Notes: generated from the sequence alone by a model not told the origin. A stretch of DNA of 64,000 bases from an uncultured bacterium (GCA_963819815.1 CAWFXL010000001.1:1440001-1504000), one strand, 5' to 3'; positions 48,764 through 59,978 are shown, counted from the first letter of the stretch. Translations and numbers: made by a program.

Positions 48764-50302
48764 TTACTGGGCATCAGCAGTTGCCAATCTATGCCCACCT
48801 GCACGATATGCTTGAATGATATCACCGTAGATTTTGCCGCCCTCTTTGAGCGTTCTTGTTTGTGTAGCAAGATCATTAGAATAGAGCCCAAAGGTGCTAT
48901 GGAAGCCTCTGTCCCACTCGAAGTTATCCATAAGAGTCCAGTAGAAGAACCCACGGACATCTACCCCATCTTCAAAGGCTAAACTGACCGCCTTGAGGTA
49001 TTCTTTGATCCAGCGCACTCTTCGTTCATCATTTACATTATTATGATCAGCGATACCATTTTCGGTAATATAGATTGGTAGGCCGATTGTGGACATATGG
49101 TGAAGGGCTTTATAGATGCCTTCGGGATAAATTGCATATTCCATATCAGTCATCGTTTCGCCAAGATTAGGTGCAGAATCCATGCACATATTTTTAAACC
49201 TGAGGGTAAGAAAGTGCGTGTACTTAAATTCGATAAGTACCCGTGAATAGTAATTGAGCCCTACAAAATCGCTTATCTGTTGCGCTGCAGGCTTATCTGA
49301 ATCTTTATCAAGTGGAGCTCGGTAGGTTTCTTCAAAGAAACACTTCCACTTATAGGTAAATGTTCCGGTCTTGAGAAAGTTAATTACTGCATCAACCATG
49401 AACTCATTCAGGAACCATGGCATAAAGCATTCTAACGGGTTAAATATCGACCAGGGATGGAAGGAAAGATATTGATGAACAAGACCAATCTGAGCGGTAG
49501 TGCCATGAGGCATAGCTTTTAAGGCCTGGTAGACTTCAGTATGTGCTTGTAGAAGGTTTTTAAGAACCTTCGCGGCTAAAGGAAAACTTCCCAATAGACC
49601 ATTTTCTTTCCCTGGAGGAAATACGCAATTAAAGGGGAGATACCCTTGGAATACGAAGATAGTCGGTTCATTAATCGTGCACCAAAAGGGTACTCGATCG
49701 CCCAGCTTTTCAAAGACTTTTTTGGCAAAACGCACAAAATAGGCGATATTTTCTTCTTTTTCAAAGCTGCCCTTATCTTCAAACCAGATAGGATGAGCAA
49801 AATGGTGTAGGGTAACCATGGGGGCAATTCCCGCCTCCAAGAGAGCATCAACTTCATCACTATAATGCTGAAGAGCTTCTTCTGAGAACTGGCCTTCTTG
49901 AGGCTCTATGCGATCCCAAGCAAGAGAGAACCGGAATGCATTTGCTTGGAAGTCCTCTTTCATGAGGGCTATATCTTTTTTATAGAGATTCCAATGGTCA
50001 CAAGCCTTACCTGATCGTTGATTATCTCGAATATGAGGTTTTCCATTGGGATGGTTGGTCGTTTCCCAGCGACTCCATTGACTATCGGGAAGATTCTCAG
50101 CGCCTGAATTTTGCTGCTCTGCTATGGCAAAACCAAAATAAAAATTCTCAGGAAAGCTGAGCTGGTCGACATGAAGCTTTGAAAAGTCTAGGCGTTTTCG
50201 CTCTTTGGGTCCTCGGGATCTGGCTTCTGCCGTTCCAAGGCTAATCGATAGGACGATAAGCGCAAGAGAAAGTATTTTTTTATGCGGGCAAGTATACGAC
50301 AT
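48764..50302 (-). CDS. Glycoside hydrolase family 1 (beta-glucosidase-like) with signal peptide
   Basis: FRFSLAW.RI, TINEP (acid/base), ITENG (nucleophile) and WTLMDNFEW. Confidence 0.93.
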   Translation of the reverse strand: MSYTCPHKKILSLALIVLSISLGTAEARSRGPKERKRLDFSKLHVDQLSFPENFYFGFAIAEQQNSGAENLPDSQWSRWETTNHPNGKPHIRDNQRSGKACDHWNLYKKDIALMKEDFQANAFRFSLAWDRIEPQEGQFSEEALQHYSDEVDALLEAGIAPMVTLHHFAHPIWFEDKGSFEKEENIAYFVRFAKKVFEKLGDRVPFWCTINEPTIFVFQGYLPFNCVFPPGKENGLLGSFPLAAKVLKNLLQAHTEVYQALKAMPHGTTAQIGLVHQYLSFHPWSIFNPLECFMPWFLNEFMVDAVINFLKTGTFTYKWKCFFEETYRAPLDKDSDKPAAQQISDFVGLNYYSRVLIEFKYTHFLTLRFKNMCMDSAPNLGETMTDMEYAIYPEGIYKALHHMSTIGLPIYITENGIADHNNVNDERRVRWIKEYLKAVSLAFEDGVDVRGFFYWTLMDNFEWDRGFHSTFGLYSNDLATQTRTLKEGGKIYGDIIQAYRAGGHRLATADAQ

Positions 50303-50533
50303 GGAGCTCCTTAGCAGGTAGGTTATGAGGCTGATTCTATCAGTATAGATTGTTTATCATTCAAGGCAAGTGGCCATGCTAGGGGGGACTTTATGATAGG
50401 CAGAATGGGTGGGGTTTTCTTGATGGCCAAGAAGAATTGTCAAAAGGGCAAAATTGAGGTATACTATCTGAAGTATGGAATGGCCTGGTGCCAACTAAGA
50501 TGAGATCCATACAAGTATAAAGGAGCATAACTT

Positions 50534-50734
50534 ATGAAAAATGGTGTACATCCAGAATCGTTTGATGTTGTAGCTCACTGCGCGTGCGGAACTGAGTTTA
50601 ATACTCGTTCAACCCGCCATGAGCTTCGTGCGACCCTCTGTTCAGGGTGCCATCCGTTCTTTACGGGTGAACAAAAGCACGTCGATACTGCTGGTCGTAT
50701 CGAGAAGTTCAACAAAAAATACCAAAAGAATTAA
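50534..50734 (+). CDS. rpmE: 50S ribosomal protein L31 (Zn-binding type)
   Basis: MK..VHP, CACG, CSGCHPFFTG and GRIEKF. Confidence 0.95.
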   Translation: MKNGVHPESFDVVAHCACGTEFNTRSTRHELRATLCSGCHPFFTGEQKHVDTAGRIEKFNKKYQKN

Positions 50735-50737
50735 CCG

Positions 50738-51820
50738 ATGGTCACGAGCGATACGCTCATCCCATGGGATACAATTCAGAAGCGATTTGATGAGCTCAAC
50801 GACCAGGCGAGCTCATCAACGCTTGAAACAAGCAAACGACATCTCGTTCAAAAAGAACTTTCCTACCTTTCTACTCTTCTTTCAAAGCACAAGGAAATTG
50901 TGCGTTTAGAAAAGGATCATGATGCTCTTAAAGCCCAACTCGAGGCAAATAAAGAGCCTGACATGGTTCCTTTATTTGAAGAAGAGCTGAGTGAGCTTTC
51001 GCAAACAATTACCTTGGCACATACCGATCTTGATCGAATTATGTTCCCGCCTGACCCGCTGGATTCAAGGGACGCTTTTTTAGAAATTCGAGCAGGTGCA
51101 GGTGGACAAGAGGCTTCATTATTTGCAAATGATCTTCTTCGCATGTATTCAAACTATGCCCTTAAAAAACATTGGCGCGTTGATATTGTGAGTGTCAGCG
51201 AAACAGATGTTGGCGGCATTCGTGAGATTGTCCTGCATATCCAGGGAAAGGATGTATTTGGACATTTGAAGTTTGAGTCTGGTGTGCATAGGGTTCAGCG
51301 AGTACCGGTCACTGAAGGTTCTGGACGGGTGCATACCTCGACAGCTACGATTGCAGTCCTGCCAGAGGCAAAAGAGGTTGATCTTACCATTAACCCTTCA
51401 GATCTGCGTATAGATGTATACCGTTCGGGTGGTGCTGGTGGGCAGCACGTCAATACGACCGATTCTGCAGTACGGATTACGCACATTCCAACGGGAGTGG
51501 TAGTGACCTGTCAGGATGAACGGTCACAGCATAAAAACAAAGCAAAAGCTCTTAAGATGCTCCAATCGAGGCTGCTAGCTGCCAAGCTGGAAAAAGAAGA
51601 TCAAGAGAAGGCTCTTATGAGAAAAGAGCTTGTAGGCGGGGGCATGCGGGCTGAGAAGGTACGAACGTATAATTTTCCTCAGAATCGTGTGACTGATCAT
51701 CAGGTTGAACTTACACTCAATAAGCTCGACATGGTACTTGAAGGTGCTCTTGATGAAATCGTTGATGCACTCATGGAAAAAGAGCGGCTTGATCGTCGTA
51801 AGCAGCCGGTTCTCGCCTAA
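50738..51820 (+). CDS. prfA: Peptide chain release factor 1
   Basis: RVPVTE (PxT motif), GGQ and RTYNFPQ. Confidence 0.96.
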   Translation: MVTSDTLIPWDTIQKRFDELNDQASSSTLETSKRHLVQKELSYLSTLLSKHKEIVRLEKDHDALKAQLEANKEPDMVPLFEEELSELSQTITLAHTDLDRIMFPPDPLDSRDAFLEIRAGAGGQEASLFANDLLRMYSNYALKKHWRVDIVSVSETDVGGIREIVLHIQGKDVFGHLKFESGVHRVQRVPVTEGSGRVHTSTATIAVLPEAKEVDLTINPSDLRIDVYRSGGAGGQHVNTTDSAVRITHIPTGVVVTCQDERSQHKNKAKALKMLQSRLLAAKLEKEDQEKALMRKELVGGGMRAEKVRTYNFPQNRVTDHQVELTLNKLDMVLEGALDEIVDALMEKERLDRRKQPVLA

Positions 51821-52136
51821 GATTTCCTAAAACTCTAGGTTGATGTGCGCTTACAAGTCACAGCCAGCTGCTAACAATGGTGATTCTCTCTATCAAAGAG
51901 TTGCTTACTCCATTGTCACTTTTGATTTCTGCAAAATTGGTTAGCAAAGCAAAAAAATAAGCACATACTTTTCTTTAAAATCGCGTGACACTTCCCAAGG
52001 TAGATGATACCCTGGCTACACGTGATATCGTTCTTGAATCGGCTTAGACGCAGTATACCTGAGTTTAGGTTGGAGGCGTTATTAATAGATTGTCGTGTAG
52101 TGTATAGGTGCTTATTAATTTGTTGGGGGTCTTGCC

Positions 52137-53393
52137 ATGAATCCACTCTCTTATTTTCTTGAGTATAATCGTTATCTGAGTTTTGTTGGCATTGCAGTGA
52201 TTATTGGGCTGGCTGTGCTGATGTCCAATAATCGACGAAATATTCCCTGGCGACTGGTGCTAACGGGTCTTCTTTTACATGCTTCGCTCGCCTTTTTAGT
52301 TCTTAAGACGACGATAGGATATCAAGTTATAGCTTATATAGCCGGATTATTTACGACCTTATATCAAGCTGCAGAACGTGGCATAAATTTTGTCTTTGGT
52401 AATCTTGCCAACCCTGCAGGTCCCTGGGGATTTGTTTTTGTTATTAAGGTATTGCCGGTCATCGTATTTTTTGGCGCATTCACCTCGCTTCTGTTCTATC
52501 TAGGAATCATTCAATTTATTGTGCAAGGGATCAACAGACTTATTCGACCTCTATTGGGTACTACAGGTCCTGAAACTCTCTGCGCTGTTGCCAATAGTTT
52601 CTTAGGGCAAACGGAGGCGCCACTTCTTATAAAGCACTATTTAAAACGGATGACAAAATCTGAGTTTCTCGTGATGATGATAAGTGGAATGGGAACTATT
52701 AGCGGGTCGATTCTTGCCGTATTTGCGGTGATGGGTGTGCCTGCAACTCACTTGATTGCGGCAAGTGTTATGGCAATTCCAGCTACCATACTTATCGCAA
52801 AAATTATCTACCCAGAGACTGAGCATCCTGATGCTATGTGTGATGCAACAGCTTCTATAGAATTACAGTCAGGTAACGCGCTTGATGCAATTTCTCAAGG
52901 AACTTCCGATGGTATGTACCTTGCGCTTAATGTTGGTGCTATGCTTATTGCATTTCTTGCGATACTTGAAGTCCTCAATGGCTTTCTTGGATTTGCATGT
53001 CTTACGTTAAATACCTATGTTGGTTTGCATCTTCCGATTATTACGCTCAATATGATTTTTTCATGGATATGCTTACCATTTGGTTGGTTACTCGGCTTTA
53101 CGGGCAATGAGGCCTTTCAAGCGGGCCAGTTGATAGGTACAAAAATTGCGGTGAATGAAGTGGTAGCCTACAGTGAAATGTTGCATATGGGACTCTCTGC
53201 AAGAAGTATAGCGATTATTACTTACGCTCTATGTGGCTTTTCAAATTTTTCATGTATTGGTATCCAGATAGGTGGTATCGGTTCTTTAGTTCCCGAAAAA
53301 CGTAAATGGCTCAGTGAGCTTGGCATGCGTGCCGTATTTGGTGGAGCATTAGCAAATCTATTATCAGCGATGATGGCAAACTTGCTTCTCTAA
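52137..53393 (+). CDS. nupC: Concentrative nucleoside transporter (CNT/NupC)
   Basis: GQTEAPL, NVGAMLIAF, K..NE.VAY and YALCGFSNFS. Confidence 0.9.
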   Translation: MNPLSYFLEYNRYLSFVGIAVIIGLAVLMSNNRRNIPWRLVLTGLLLHASLAFLVLKTTIGYQVIAYIAGLFTTLYQAAERGINFVFGNLANPAGPWGFVFVIKVLPVIVFFGAFTSLLFYLGIIQFIVQGINRLIRPLLGTTGPETLCAVANSFLGQTEAPLLIKHYLKRMTKSEFLVMMISGMGTISGSILAVFAVMGVPATHLIAASVMAIPATILIAKIIYPETEHPDAMCDATASIELQSGNALDAISQGTSDGMYLALNVGAMLIAFLAILEVLNGFLGFACLTLNTYVGLHLPIITLNMIFSWICLPFGWLLGFTGNEAFQAGQLIGTKIAVNEVVAYSEMLHMGLSARSIAIITYALCGFSNFSCIGIQIGGIGSLVPEKRKWLSELGMRAVFGGALANLLSAMMANLLL

Positions 53394-53413
53394 CTTCTAC
53401 AAGCTATGTGGGT

Positions 53414-53451
53414 GGGTGCTTTTAATCTAAGTGGTTAAAGCACCCATTTTT
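53414..53451. terminator. Hairpin terminator between convergent genes
   Basis: GGGTGCTTT...AAAGCACCC followed by ATTTTT. Confidence 0.65.
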
Positions 53452-53459
53452 AATCGTTC

Positions 53460-54164
53460 TTAGTTTTGAGAAGACGTAACCTCAATCGAAGTTTCTTGCT
53501 CTTTAAGTTGCTTATAGGCATGCGTAGATGCTAAATATACGATTGGCATGGCAAACATCAGCGTAAGGGAAATAAGCATCGAAAGTAGATAGATTATGAT
53601 GAGGAAACCGAGTAGTTGCCAGCGAACACCCTTGGTAAGGTTTCGTATAGAGGCACGGTCGTCAGCTATGGTGCTGCTTGTCTCATCGATGAGTGAGTAG
53701 CCTGCGAAATAATATTTACATGCCCAATACAGGGCAGGGACAACTAAGATACATCCAAGGCAGATCAATAGCCAGCGGATTAAACGAGCAATACAGAAGG
53801 AGAAGAATGACCTAGGGAAAACAAAAAACTCTCTCCACGGTAATGGGTTTCCTTCATAGATCGCTAGAGAAAAGCGAACCAATTGGTAATGATAAAAACC
53901 ATAAAAGAGTAAAACGGCAAAAGAAAGTACTCCGGAGCTGCATAGGAATCCAAAGGGTGTGGTAAACAGGGAAATAGTTAGTGGTAGTGCATTACTCAGG
54001 CCTAAGAAAAATGCATAAGGTATCCAGCAAAGAAGCCCCAGTAACAGGGCAACAGCAATGATGGCTAGTGAGCTGACCCAAAGCATGAAAAACGTAAATA
54101 TATGGTTAATGAATGAAGAGAAACCAAAATTGAATGCGGCTTCATAGGAGATCTGTTTTTTCAT
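53460..54164 (-). CDS. Hypothetical integral membrane protein
   Basis: About 5 TM segments; G.IL.VP..Y....Y.F and S..LTKG.RWQL patterns. Confidence 0.7.
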   Translation of the reverse strand: MKKQISYEAAFNFGFSSFINHIFTFFMLWVSSLAIIAVALLLGLLCWIPYAFFLGLSNALPLTISLFTTPFGFLCSSGVLSFAVLLFYGFYHYQLVRFSLAIYEGNPLPWREFFVFPRSFFSFCIARLIRWLLICLGCILVVPALYWACKYYFAGYSLIDETSSTIADDRASIRNLTKGVRWQLLGFLIIIYLLSMLISLTLMFAMPIVYLASTHAYKQLKEQETSIEVTSSQN

Positions 54165-54474
54165 AAGTCTTTTCCTTGTGTAAAGAGATAGTCTCTAGTG
54201 CTTATTATACCGCAATGAATGATACATGTACAGGGGGCATCCTTAAAAAGAGCTTCTAAGAGATGTGATAAGCATTAGAAGTGTCCTATGTTCTCTGCAG
54301 CGCCGTCATAAAAAGATACCTTCGGTTTTCTCAAGAGTCCCCCCTAAGGTATTTTGTACCATAGGGGGGAGATAGACTGTTCTTATTGATTTTCGAGTGT
54401 TTGAGAAGATTGGCCTAGCGCTCTGGGTTTCCTTCTCTTTCGTTTTCTTTCACATCTCTCTTCAGAGCAGGGGC

Positions 54475-56034
54475 TCATCTGTCAGATGAGTGGCAGGTCT
54501 TAGGACACTTGATAGAAACTGCGAGTGGATCACTTGCATCTAGGAACCCCATGAAAGGGTGTGTAGGCGGGTTGCCAAGAGTAGTTGTTGGTCCTAGACA
54601 AAAACCATTTTGACAGATTTGGGATGCAGGGCAAGTAGTACCTGTGCAGGGTTTTAAAGGGCCCCAGAAGTTTTTGCTTACCAGGTAGCTCACATTGCTT
54701 CCAGCATCTTTAATATCAGGATTGAACCCTGAAAATGAGTTGCAATGAGCATCAATGACTGCTGTACCAATATTGCCTGTAGCAGAGGTATGAAAAGCAT
54801 TACCAGTGCCTGTGAAACAGTTATGTTCAGCCGTTATATACAGTGGGGAGTAAGTGCTACCGTGGAAGAGGCCATTTATTTGTATTCCTGTAGTTCCATT
54901 AAAGATGTTTCCTCTGATATCAGTTATGACTGCAGATTTTCCAGCACCATTGATTTCAGTTTCATAAAAGATGCCCCCAGTCACCGTGTTTCCACAGAGT
55001 CTATTGTCTTGTCTGATAGCAGCTGATAAAAACTCGAAGAAAAATACCCCCTCATTCGTACTTACTGAGTTTTCTACCACTATTTCGCATGATGAATTAC
55101 TATTGTTAGAAGACACAACAAATACGTCGCTGCCAGATTCGGTTTCTTGGAATGAGCAGGAATCAACTTTCATTTTTAGATCTGAATTATTTTTGGTATT
55201 TACAAGAATTTCGTTGCCTTCGTCAACTCCAACATTATAAAAGGATGTATTCTTAACAAGAATAGTCTCTGTAGAGCTAGAGGTAGAACCTAAATTCACG
55301 TTGATGCCATTAGGTGATGATGTGCTAACAAAATCATGTAAATACGAATCTTTGATAACGACGTCAGAGGAGGCTCCTTTATCTGGTGCTGTTTCTATAC
55401 CATTGTTAGTGATCGTAGTAAGCTCACATCCGCATATTGTTAATTCTCTTGATACACCACTATTTGTGGGGCTATCATAGATACCGGCATTTGCGCCATT
55501 ATCGTTGCGGATAATTACGTTTTCAATAAGAGTATTTCCAGATTGTGGGCAGGTACCTGTGATTGCTGGTGCTCCTGTAGATGGTGTCTTTGTATTAAAA
55601 CCGTCAATACTGACATCTTTCACGATAAGATTTTCTGCCTTGTCATAATTGATGGCGGAACCTAACATATTAGTAAAGAAGATATTTTCAATGGCACCGT
55701 CACCGATAACAGTTACTTGATTGGTTGTAAGCCTAGGGAATACGGCTACATTAGAGTCACATATGTCACCAATGAGCTTTTGATTGGTAAGGGTGATACC
55801 ATCGGTTAACGCAACCGCTGAGGGAAGAACAATAAGAATGTCCCACGTACTCGCCGCCGCTTCTTTGAGTGTTGCAAAAGGGTGCTTTTTAGTACCAGTG
55901 CCACCTGCTGGAGCGCCACCTTGAACAAATTTTACGACTTCTTCGTTATGGCAATGCTTGTCCGATTTTGCTAACGCCGGTGCGAGCAAGGTAAGGGTTA
56001 GGAGTAACCCAAGAGATTTAGTTAAGAGCTTCAT
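54475..56034 (-). CDS. Secreted right-handed beta-helix (pectin-lyase-like) protein with a Cys-rich tail
   Basis: Signal peptide from ATG 56034; GTGTKKHPFATLKEA cap motif, Asn/Ser/Thr-rich IxN repeats and CTGTTCPASQICQNGFC. Confidence 0.65.
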   Translation of the reverse strand: MKLLTKSLGLLLTLTLLAPALAKSDKHCHNEEVVKFVQGGAPAGGTGTKKHPFATLKEAAASTWDILIVLPSAVALTDGITLTNQKLIGDICDSNVAVFPRLTTNQVTVIGDGAIENIFFTNMLGSAINYDKAENLIVKDVSIDGFNTKTPSTGAPAITGTCPQSGNTLIENVIIRNDNGANAGIYDSPTNSGVSRELTICGCELTTITNNGIETAPDKGASSDVVIKDSYLHDFVSTSSPNGINVNLGSTSSSTETILVKNTSFYNVGVDEGNEILVNTKNNSDLKMKVDSCSFQETESGSDVFVVSSNNSNSSCEIVVENSVSTNEGVFFFEFLSAAIRQDNRLCGNTVTGGIFYETEINGAGKSAVITDIRGNIFNGTTGIQINGLFHGSTYSPLYITAEHNCFTGTGNAFHTSATGNIGTAVIDAHCNSFSGFNPDIKDAGSNVSYLVSKNFWGPLKPCTGTTCPASQICQNGFCLGPTTTLGNPPTHPFMGFLDASDPLAVSIKCPKTCHSSDR

Positions 56035-56236
56035 AGTATTCCCCACTTTATTAGGATTCTGGTTTCTTGGGCTTAGTACCCATTTATATTGATACTAACA
56101 GAAGGGTGAGGTTGATTTCAAGAATTGCGCCTTGTTTCTATTTGGAACTTTTTGCGATGAGCAAATCTCTGCTTGTGGCTACATGCTTCTAGAATCTTAG
56201 TATCCTTCAGACAAGCTATGCTCACTGTGAATAAAA

Positions 56237-58930
56237 TCAGCAGTGCTCTATAATACCGACAACACTGCCTTGAGGGGTTTTCTGCACTTCAAAATGTACC
56301 GGGAATTGCTCTTTTAGCGAAGGTAAATGGGAGACAATAATGACCTTCTCAAAGTCCTTACGGATCGTATGAATTGCTTGCATAATATAACTAAGCCCAT
56401 CTTCATCTTGAGAACCAAATCCCTCATCGATGATAAGTGTCTCAAGAGCAGTTCCGGCTCGACGAGCAAGGAGCTTTGCTAAAGCGATACGTAAGGCAAA
56501 GTCGATCCTAAATGCTTCACCTCCTGAGAACATTTCGTACGGTCGCACACCGACAGCATCCGAAATCTTTATATCAAGAGTCTCCTTTGTTTTACCGCTT
56601 TTGGTATCTCTTAATGAATCTATGCTGATATGGGCTTGATTTTCAGTCAGGCTTGAAAGCAGAAGGTTCGCTTCTTCTTCAATTTCAGGAAGAGCCTCTT
56701 CGATGAGCAACGCTTGAATGCCGTCTTTGCTAAATGCTGAAGCAATGGCAGTGTATTCATCATGCAGTTGCGTGCTTTCTTGTATGATCTTTGCTTGCTG
56801 ATGAGCAGCTTGTTCTTTTTGCTCGAAGCCAAGGATCTGAGCTTCGAGGGATCCTTTTTTGTGAATGAGCTGCTCTTTTTCTTTGGTGAGTGTCTCCAAT
56901 GAGCTTCTCAGCAGTTTCTCTTGAGTAAGCAAGTGTGCATCAATAAGGAGGGTGCTTGCAGCCGGCAATGCTTGTTTGACCTCTTCAAGCTCCTTTTTTA
57001 ACACACGTGCCTGATGGCATTTTTCATGGATGGTTCGCTTACGTTCATCCTGCATTGCAAGCTCTTTAAAAAAAGTTTCGCGTTGTTTACTCTTTTCTGC
57101 AAGTGCTGAAACATGTAGAGCTAAGGCCCTTTCTTTTTCTTGATCGTAAGGCACTTTTGCTAATTCAGCTTCAAGTCTTTGAAGATCTGCCTGCAGTGTA
57201 GCACTCAGGGTATCGTGTGGAGCTTTTTCAAAAGCTTCTACGAGAGCTGTACGATGTGCGGTATGCACTTGAGCTTGCTCGGTATACTGAGTAATAAGAG
57301 TAGCTGCTGCAGCGAGCTCTTTGCCAAGAGCTTCTCCTTCACTAAGACTTTTTTGGGCCTGTCTCTCAAGTTCAAGAAGCTGTACATGAAGAATCTGCTG
57401 CAATTCACGATTCTTTTTGAGAGCTTCTAATTCACTATGTTCCTGCATGAGCAGTGCTTTAAGTGATATACACACTTGTGAAAGTCGATTTATTTGGTGG
57501 CTACGGAGCTTTTCTTCTTGAGAGAACTTTTGAGTAAGATGATCTTTATCGGTAATCTGTTCACACAGTGGGCATACTGCTTGCTCAGAAGACTCTACGA
57601 GCTGCTTCTTTTGAAGAATGCTGGCAATTGTAGCCTTTAAGGATTGAGCTCGAGAAGTGAATGCATGGTAGTAGCTCTTCTTTCGTTCAAGCTGTTTTTC
57701 TTGGCTTATAATAAGAGCTTCATTGGGAGGCTGCACTCTATTTTTGAGCGTCTGTAGCTGCACGGTCAGCTCTTCAAGCTCTTTTGTTTTAAGGGCACTT
57801 TTTTTTACGAGATCTGCATGGTGTACTTGAGTGGTTGCGAGTGCATGAGCTACACTCTGAAGGTCGCGGTCGACCTTCTCAAGCTCCTGCTTATGTGCAT
57901 CAATCAACTTTTGGGTATGAGCGCGAAGAGCTTCTCGCTTAAGAAGAACTTCTTCTTTGAGTTTAAGTTTTTGGGCACCGAGCCCCTGTAGGGTATGCAG
58001 TTCCTTTTGCAGCTGCTCTCGTTCTTGTTCAGGCGAAACTGCTTGTTCACTTCTTTGCTTTCTCAATACTTCGCGCCAGGTTCTTGCCTGTGTTCTAATG
58101 GTGGATATCTCTTCTTCAATTCTTTTTGCTAGGTGCTCTTGTTTAAAGAGCATTTTTTCCGCAGCAATCTTCTGAAGTTGCGCTTGAGCAACCTGCTTGG
58201 CATGACCTTCATAATCAGCGCGAAGAGCTTTTTCTTTTTCAAGGAATTGCAGCAGCGTTGCATTAATTAGGTTGAGCTGCTCCTGAATTGTTTGTTTTTC
58301 TTTAAGTGCATCTTCAAGGTTCTTAAGCGTAGCTGCAGCTTGCTCTTGTACATTATGGGCTTCTTTAGCAGTATCGAGGGCTAGTCTTCGTACACGCTCA
58401 AAATGTTCGAGTCCTAAAAGAGCTGCTAACACATCTTTGCGTTCTTTGGGAGATTTTTTTGAGAACTCATGAGATTGGCCTTGCCGAATAAATGCTGAGT
58501 TAACAAATCCTTCATAATCAAGGCCGATAGTATAGATAATCTTATCCTGTGTAGCACGAATCGTCTTGTCAGTAAGTGGTTTATAGGTACCGGTCTCCTT
58601 TTCAAGAATACCAAACTCAAGATTTGCGTGCCCTTTTTTAGCCGAAAGTGTGAATTCGCGTTTAACACGATAAAGAACTCCGTTGCACCGAAAATCAAGA
58701 ATAACCATCATATGGGTTTCGCCAAGATGTACAAGCCCTTCATCAGCTTTTACGACGCCAGAAGCTTTACGTGCATGACCCCAAAGAGCCCACGTAAGGG
58801 CATCGAGTAAAGAGGATTTACCATGCCCATTTTTCCCCGAGAGGCAGATAAGGGGATATGGCTCAAAATCAATATCTTGAGAAGCGCCATAGCTCAGGAA
58901 ATTTTTTATATGAATTTTGAGTGGAACCAT
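56237..58930 (-). CDS. sbcC: SbcC/Rad50-family SMC ATPase
   Basis: GKNGHGKS, long coiled coil with CPLC zinc hook, FSGGE and IIDEGFGSQD. Confidence 0.9.
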   Translation of the reverse strand: MVPLKIHIKNFLSYGASQDIDFEPYPLICLSGKNGHGKSSLLDALTWALWGHARKASGVVKADEGLVHLGETHMMVILDFRCNGVLYRVKREFTLSAKKGHANLEFGILEKETGTYKPLTDKTIRATQDKIIYTIGLDYEGFVNSAFIRQGQSHEFSKKSPKERKDVLAALLGLEHFERVRRLALDTAKEAHNVQEQAAATLKNLEDALKEKQTIQEQLNLINATLLQFLEKEKALRADYEGHAKQVAQAQLQKIAAEKMLFKQEHLAKRIEEEISTIRTQARTWREVLRKQRSEQAVSPEQEREQLQKELHTLQGLGAQKLKLKEEVLLKREALRAHTQKLIDAHKQELEKVDRDLQSVAHALATTQVHHADLVKKSALKTKELEELTVQLQTLKNRVQPPNEALIISQEKQLERKKSYYHAFTSRAQSLKATIASILQKKQLVESSEQAVCPLCEQITDKDHLTQKFSQEEKLRSHQINRLSQVCISLKALLMQEHSELEALKKNRELQQILHVQLLELERQAQKSLSEGEALGKELAAAATLITQYTEQAQVHTAHRTALVEAFEKAPHDTLSATLQADLQRLEAELAKVPYDQEKERALALHVSALAEKSKQRETFFKELAMQDERKRTIHEKCHQARVLKKELEEVKQALPAASTLLIDAHLLTQEKLLRSSLETLTKEKEQLIHKKGSLEAQILGFEQKEQAAHQQAKIIQESTQLHDEYTAIASAFSKDGIQALLIEEALPEIEEEANLLLSSLTENQAHISIDSLRDTKSGKTKETLDIKISDAVGVRPYEMFSGGEAFRIDFALRIALAKLLARRAGTALETLIIDEGFGSQDEDGLSYIMQAIHTIRKDFEKVIIVSHLPSLKEQFPVHFEVQKTPQGSVVGIIEHC

Positions 58931-59114
58931 GCTGAACCTCTGACCCGATTATTCTTTAGTGTACCAGTATGAAAGATTTTTGCGAGAATGGGACAGCACT
59001 CAATGTTAGAATCGTTGGCAAGAATAGATGACCATAGCTGAGGGTATGAAGAACATGGAGAAGGCGCTAGACCTCTATCGTTTTCTCAGTTAGAAGAAGT
59101 CTTTCAAGCAGGGA

Positions 59115-59978
59115 CTAGGGTTGCCTTAAAGGTTGGCTACAAGAAGTTGCACATAAAGCCTTTTCTTGCATGATTGCGTGAGTAGACCCGAATGCGATAA
59201 AAATATTTTTCCCTTGAGCAAGCAGTCTAAGGACGTAATTTACAACATACGTATCTCTGAAAATACTATTTCTTCTGCATACCAGATTAATTCGGGTATC
59301 TGTTTTAGCTGGATTGGTGATCATATAAAAGAAATGTTCATCAGTGATATCTAACGGGTGCTTAAAAAGCGATGAATGAATACACCTGAAGTTCTCAAGG
59401 GTGAGTGGAATGCTGAAATAGTCATTATACTGTAGGAGATGACTTTCGATATACTCTTCGAGAGAGAAGTTTTTTCGATAGGGGCGTGCTCTGTTTGCAT
59501 GCAATGCTCCTTGTGCACCGAATGTATAGAGGATCTCCTCTTGGGTAAACTCTTGCAAGAGCTCAGCGATTCTAGAGCGGCGAGAAGGTTCTGGGCATTC
59601 TACGGAAATAGAATGTTCTGATGCAAGAAAGGTAACAAGACCGCCTTCGGCACCATTGAGGCAAGCATCTTCAGAAGTATTTTGTAAGGGCTGCAGATTT
59701 CCTTCTACGAGAGCTACACAGTTTTTGCCTTCGGTTATGCGTATAAACTCTTGCCAGAAGTCTTTTAAAAGTGGGAACTGCCGATTCTTAGGGTCGACTG
59801 AATGGTTCGCGCCAAAATAGTAAAGATGCTGATTCCCATGGGTTATACTGAAAGAGTAGAGTTCCGGGCGGGCACTAGAGGCATACTCCTCATAGGACAT
59901 TATCCCATTTCCCATGAGAGTACCCAAGCTTAGTAGGAGCAAGCTGAAGATGCCGATAGAAGCTGATGCGCGTTGCAT
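59115..59978 (-). CDS. Hypothetical exported protein
   Basis: Signal-like N-terminus; YFGANH, LVEG and RD...FG..H motifs. Confidence 0.65.
   Translation of the reverse strand: MQRASASIGIFSLLLLSLGTLMGNGIMSYEEYASSARPELYSFSITHGNQHLYYFGANHSVDPKNRQFPLLKDFWQEFIRITEGKNCVALVEGNLQPLQNTSEDACLNGAEGGLVTFLASEHSISVECPEPSRRSRIAELLQEFTQEEILYTFGAQGALHANRARPYRKNFSLEEYIESHLLQYNDYFSIPLTLENFRCIHSSLFKHPLDITDEHFFYMITNPAKTDTRINLVCRRNSIFRDTYVVNYVLRLLAQGKNIFIAFGSTHAIMQEKALCATSCSQPLRQP

Noticed and set aside
51843..51966. Possible long imperfect hairpin upstream of nupC (purine riboswitch candidate)
   Set aside because: Only short helices are present and the purine-riboswitch core could not be identified.
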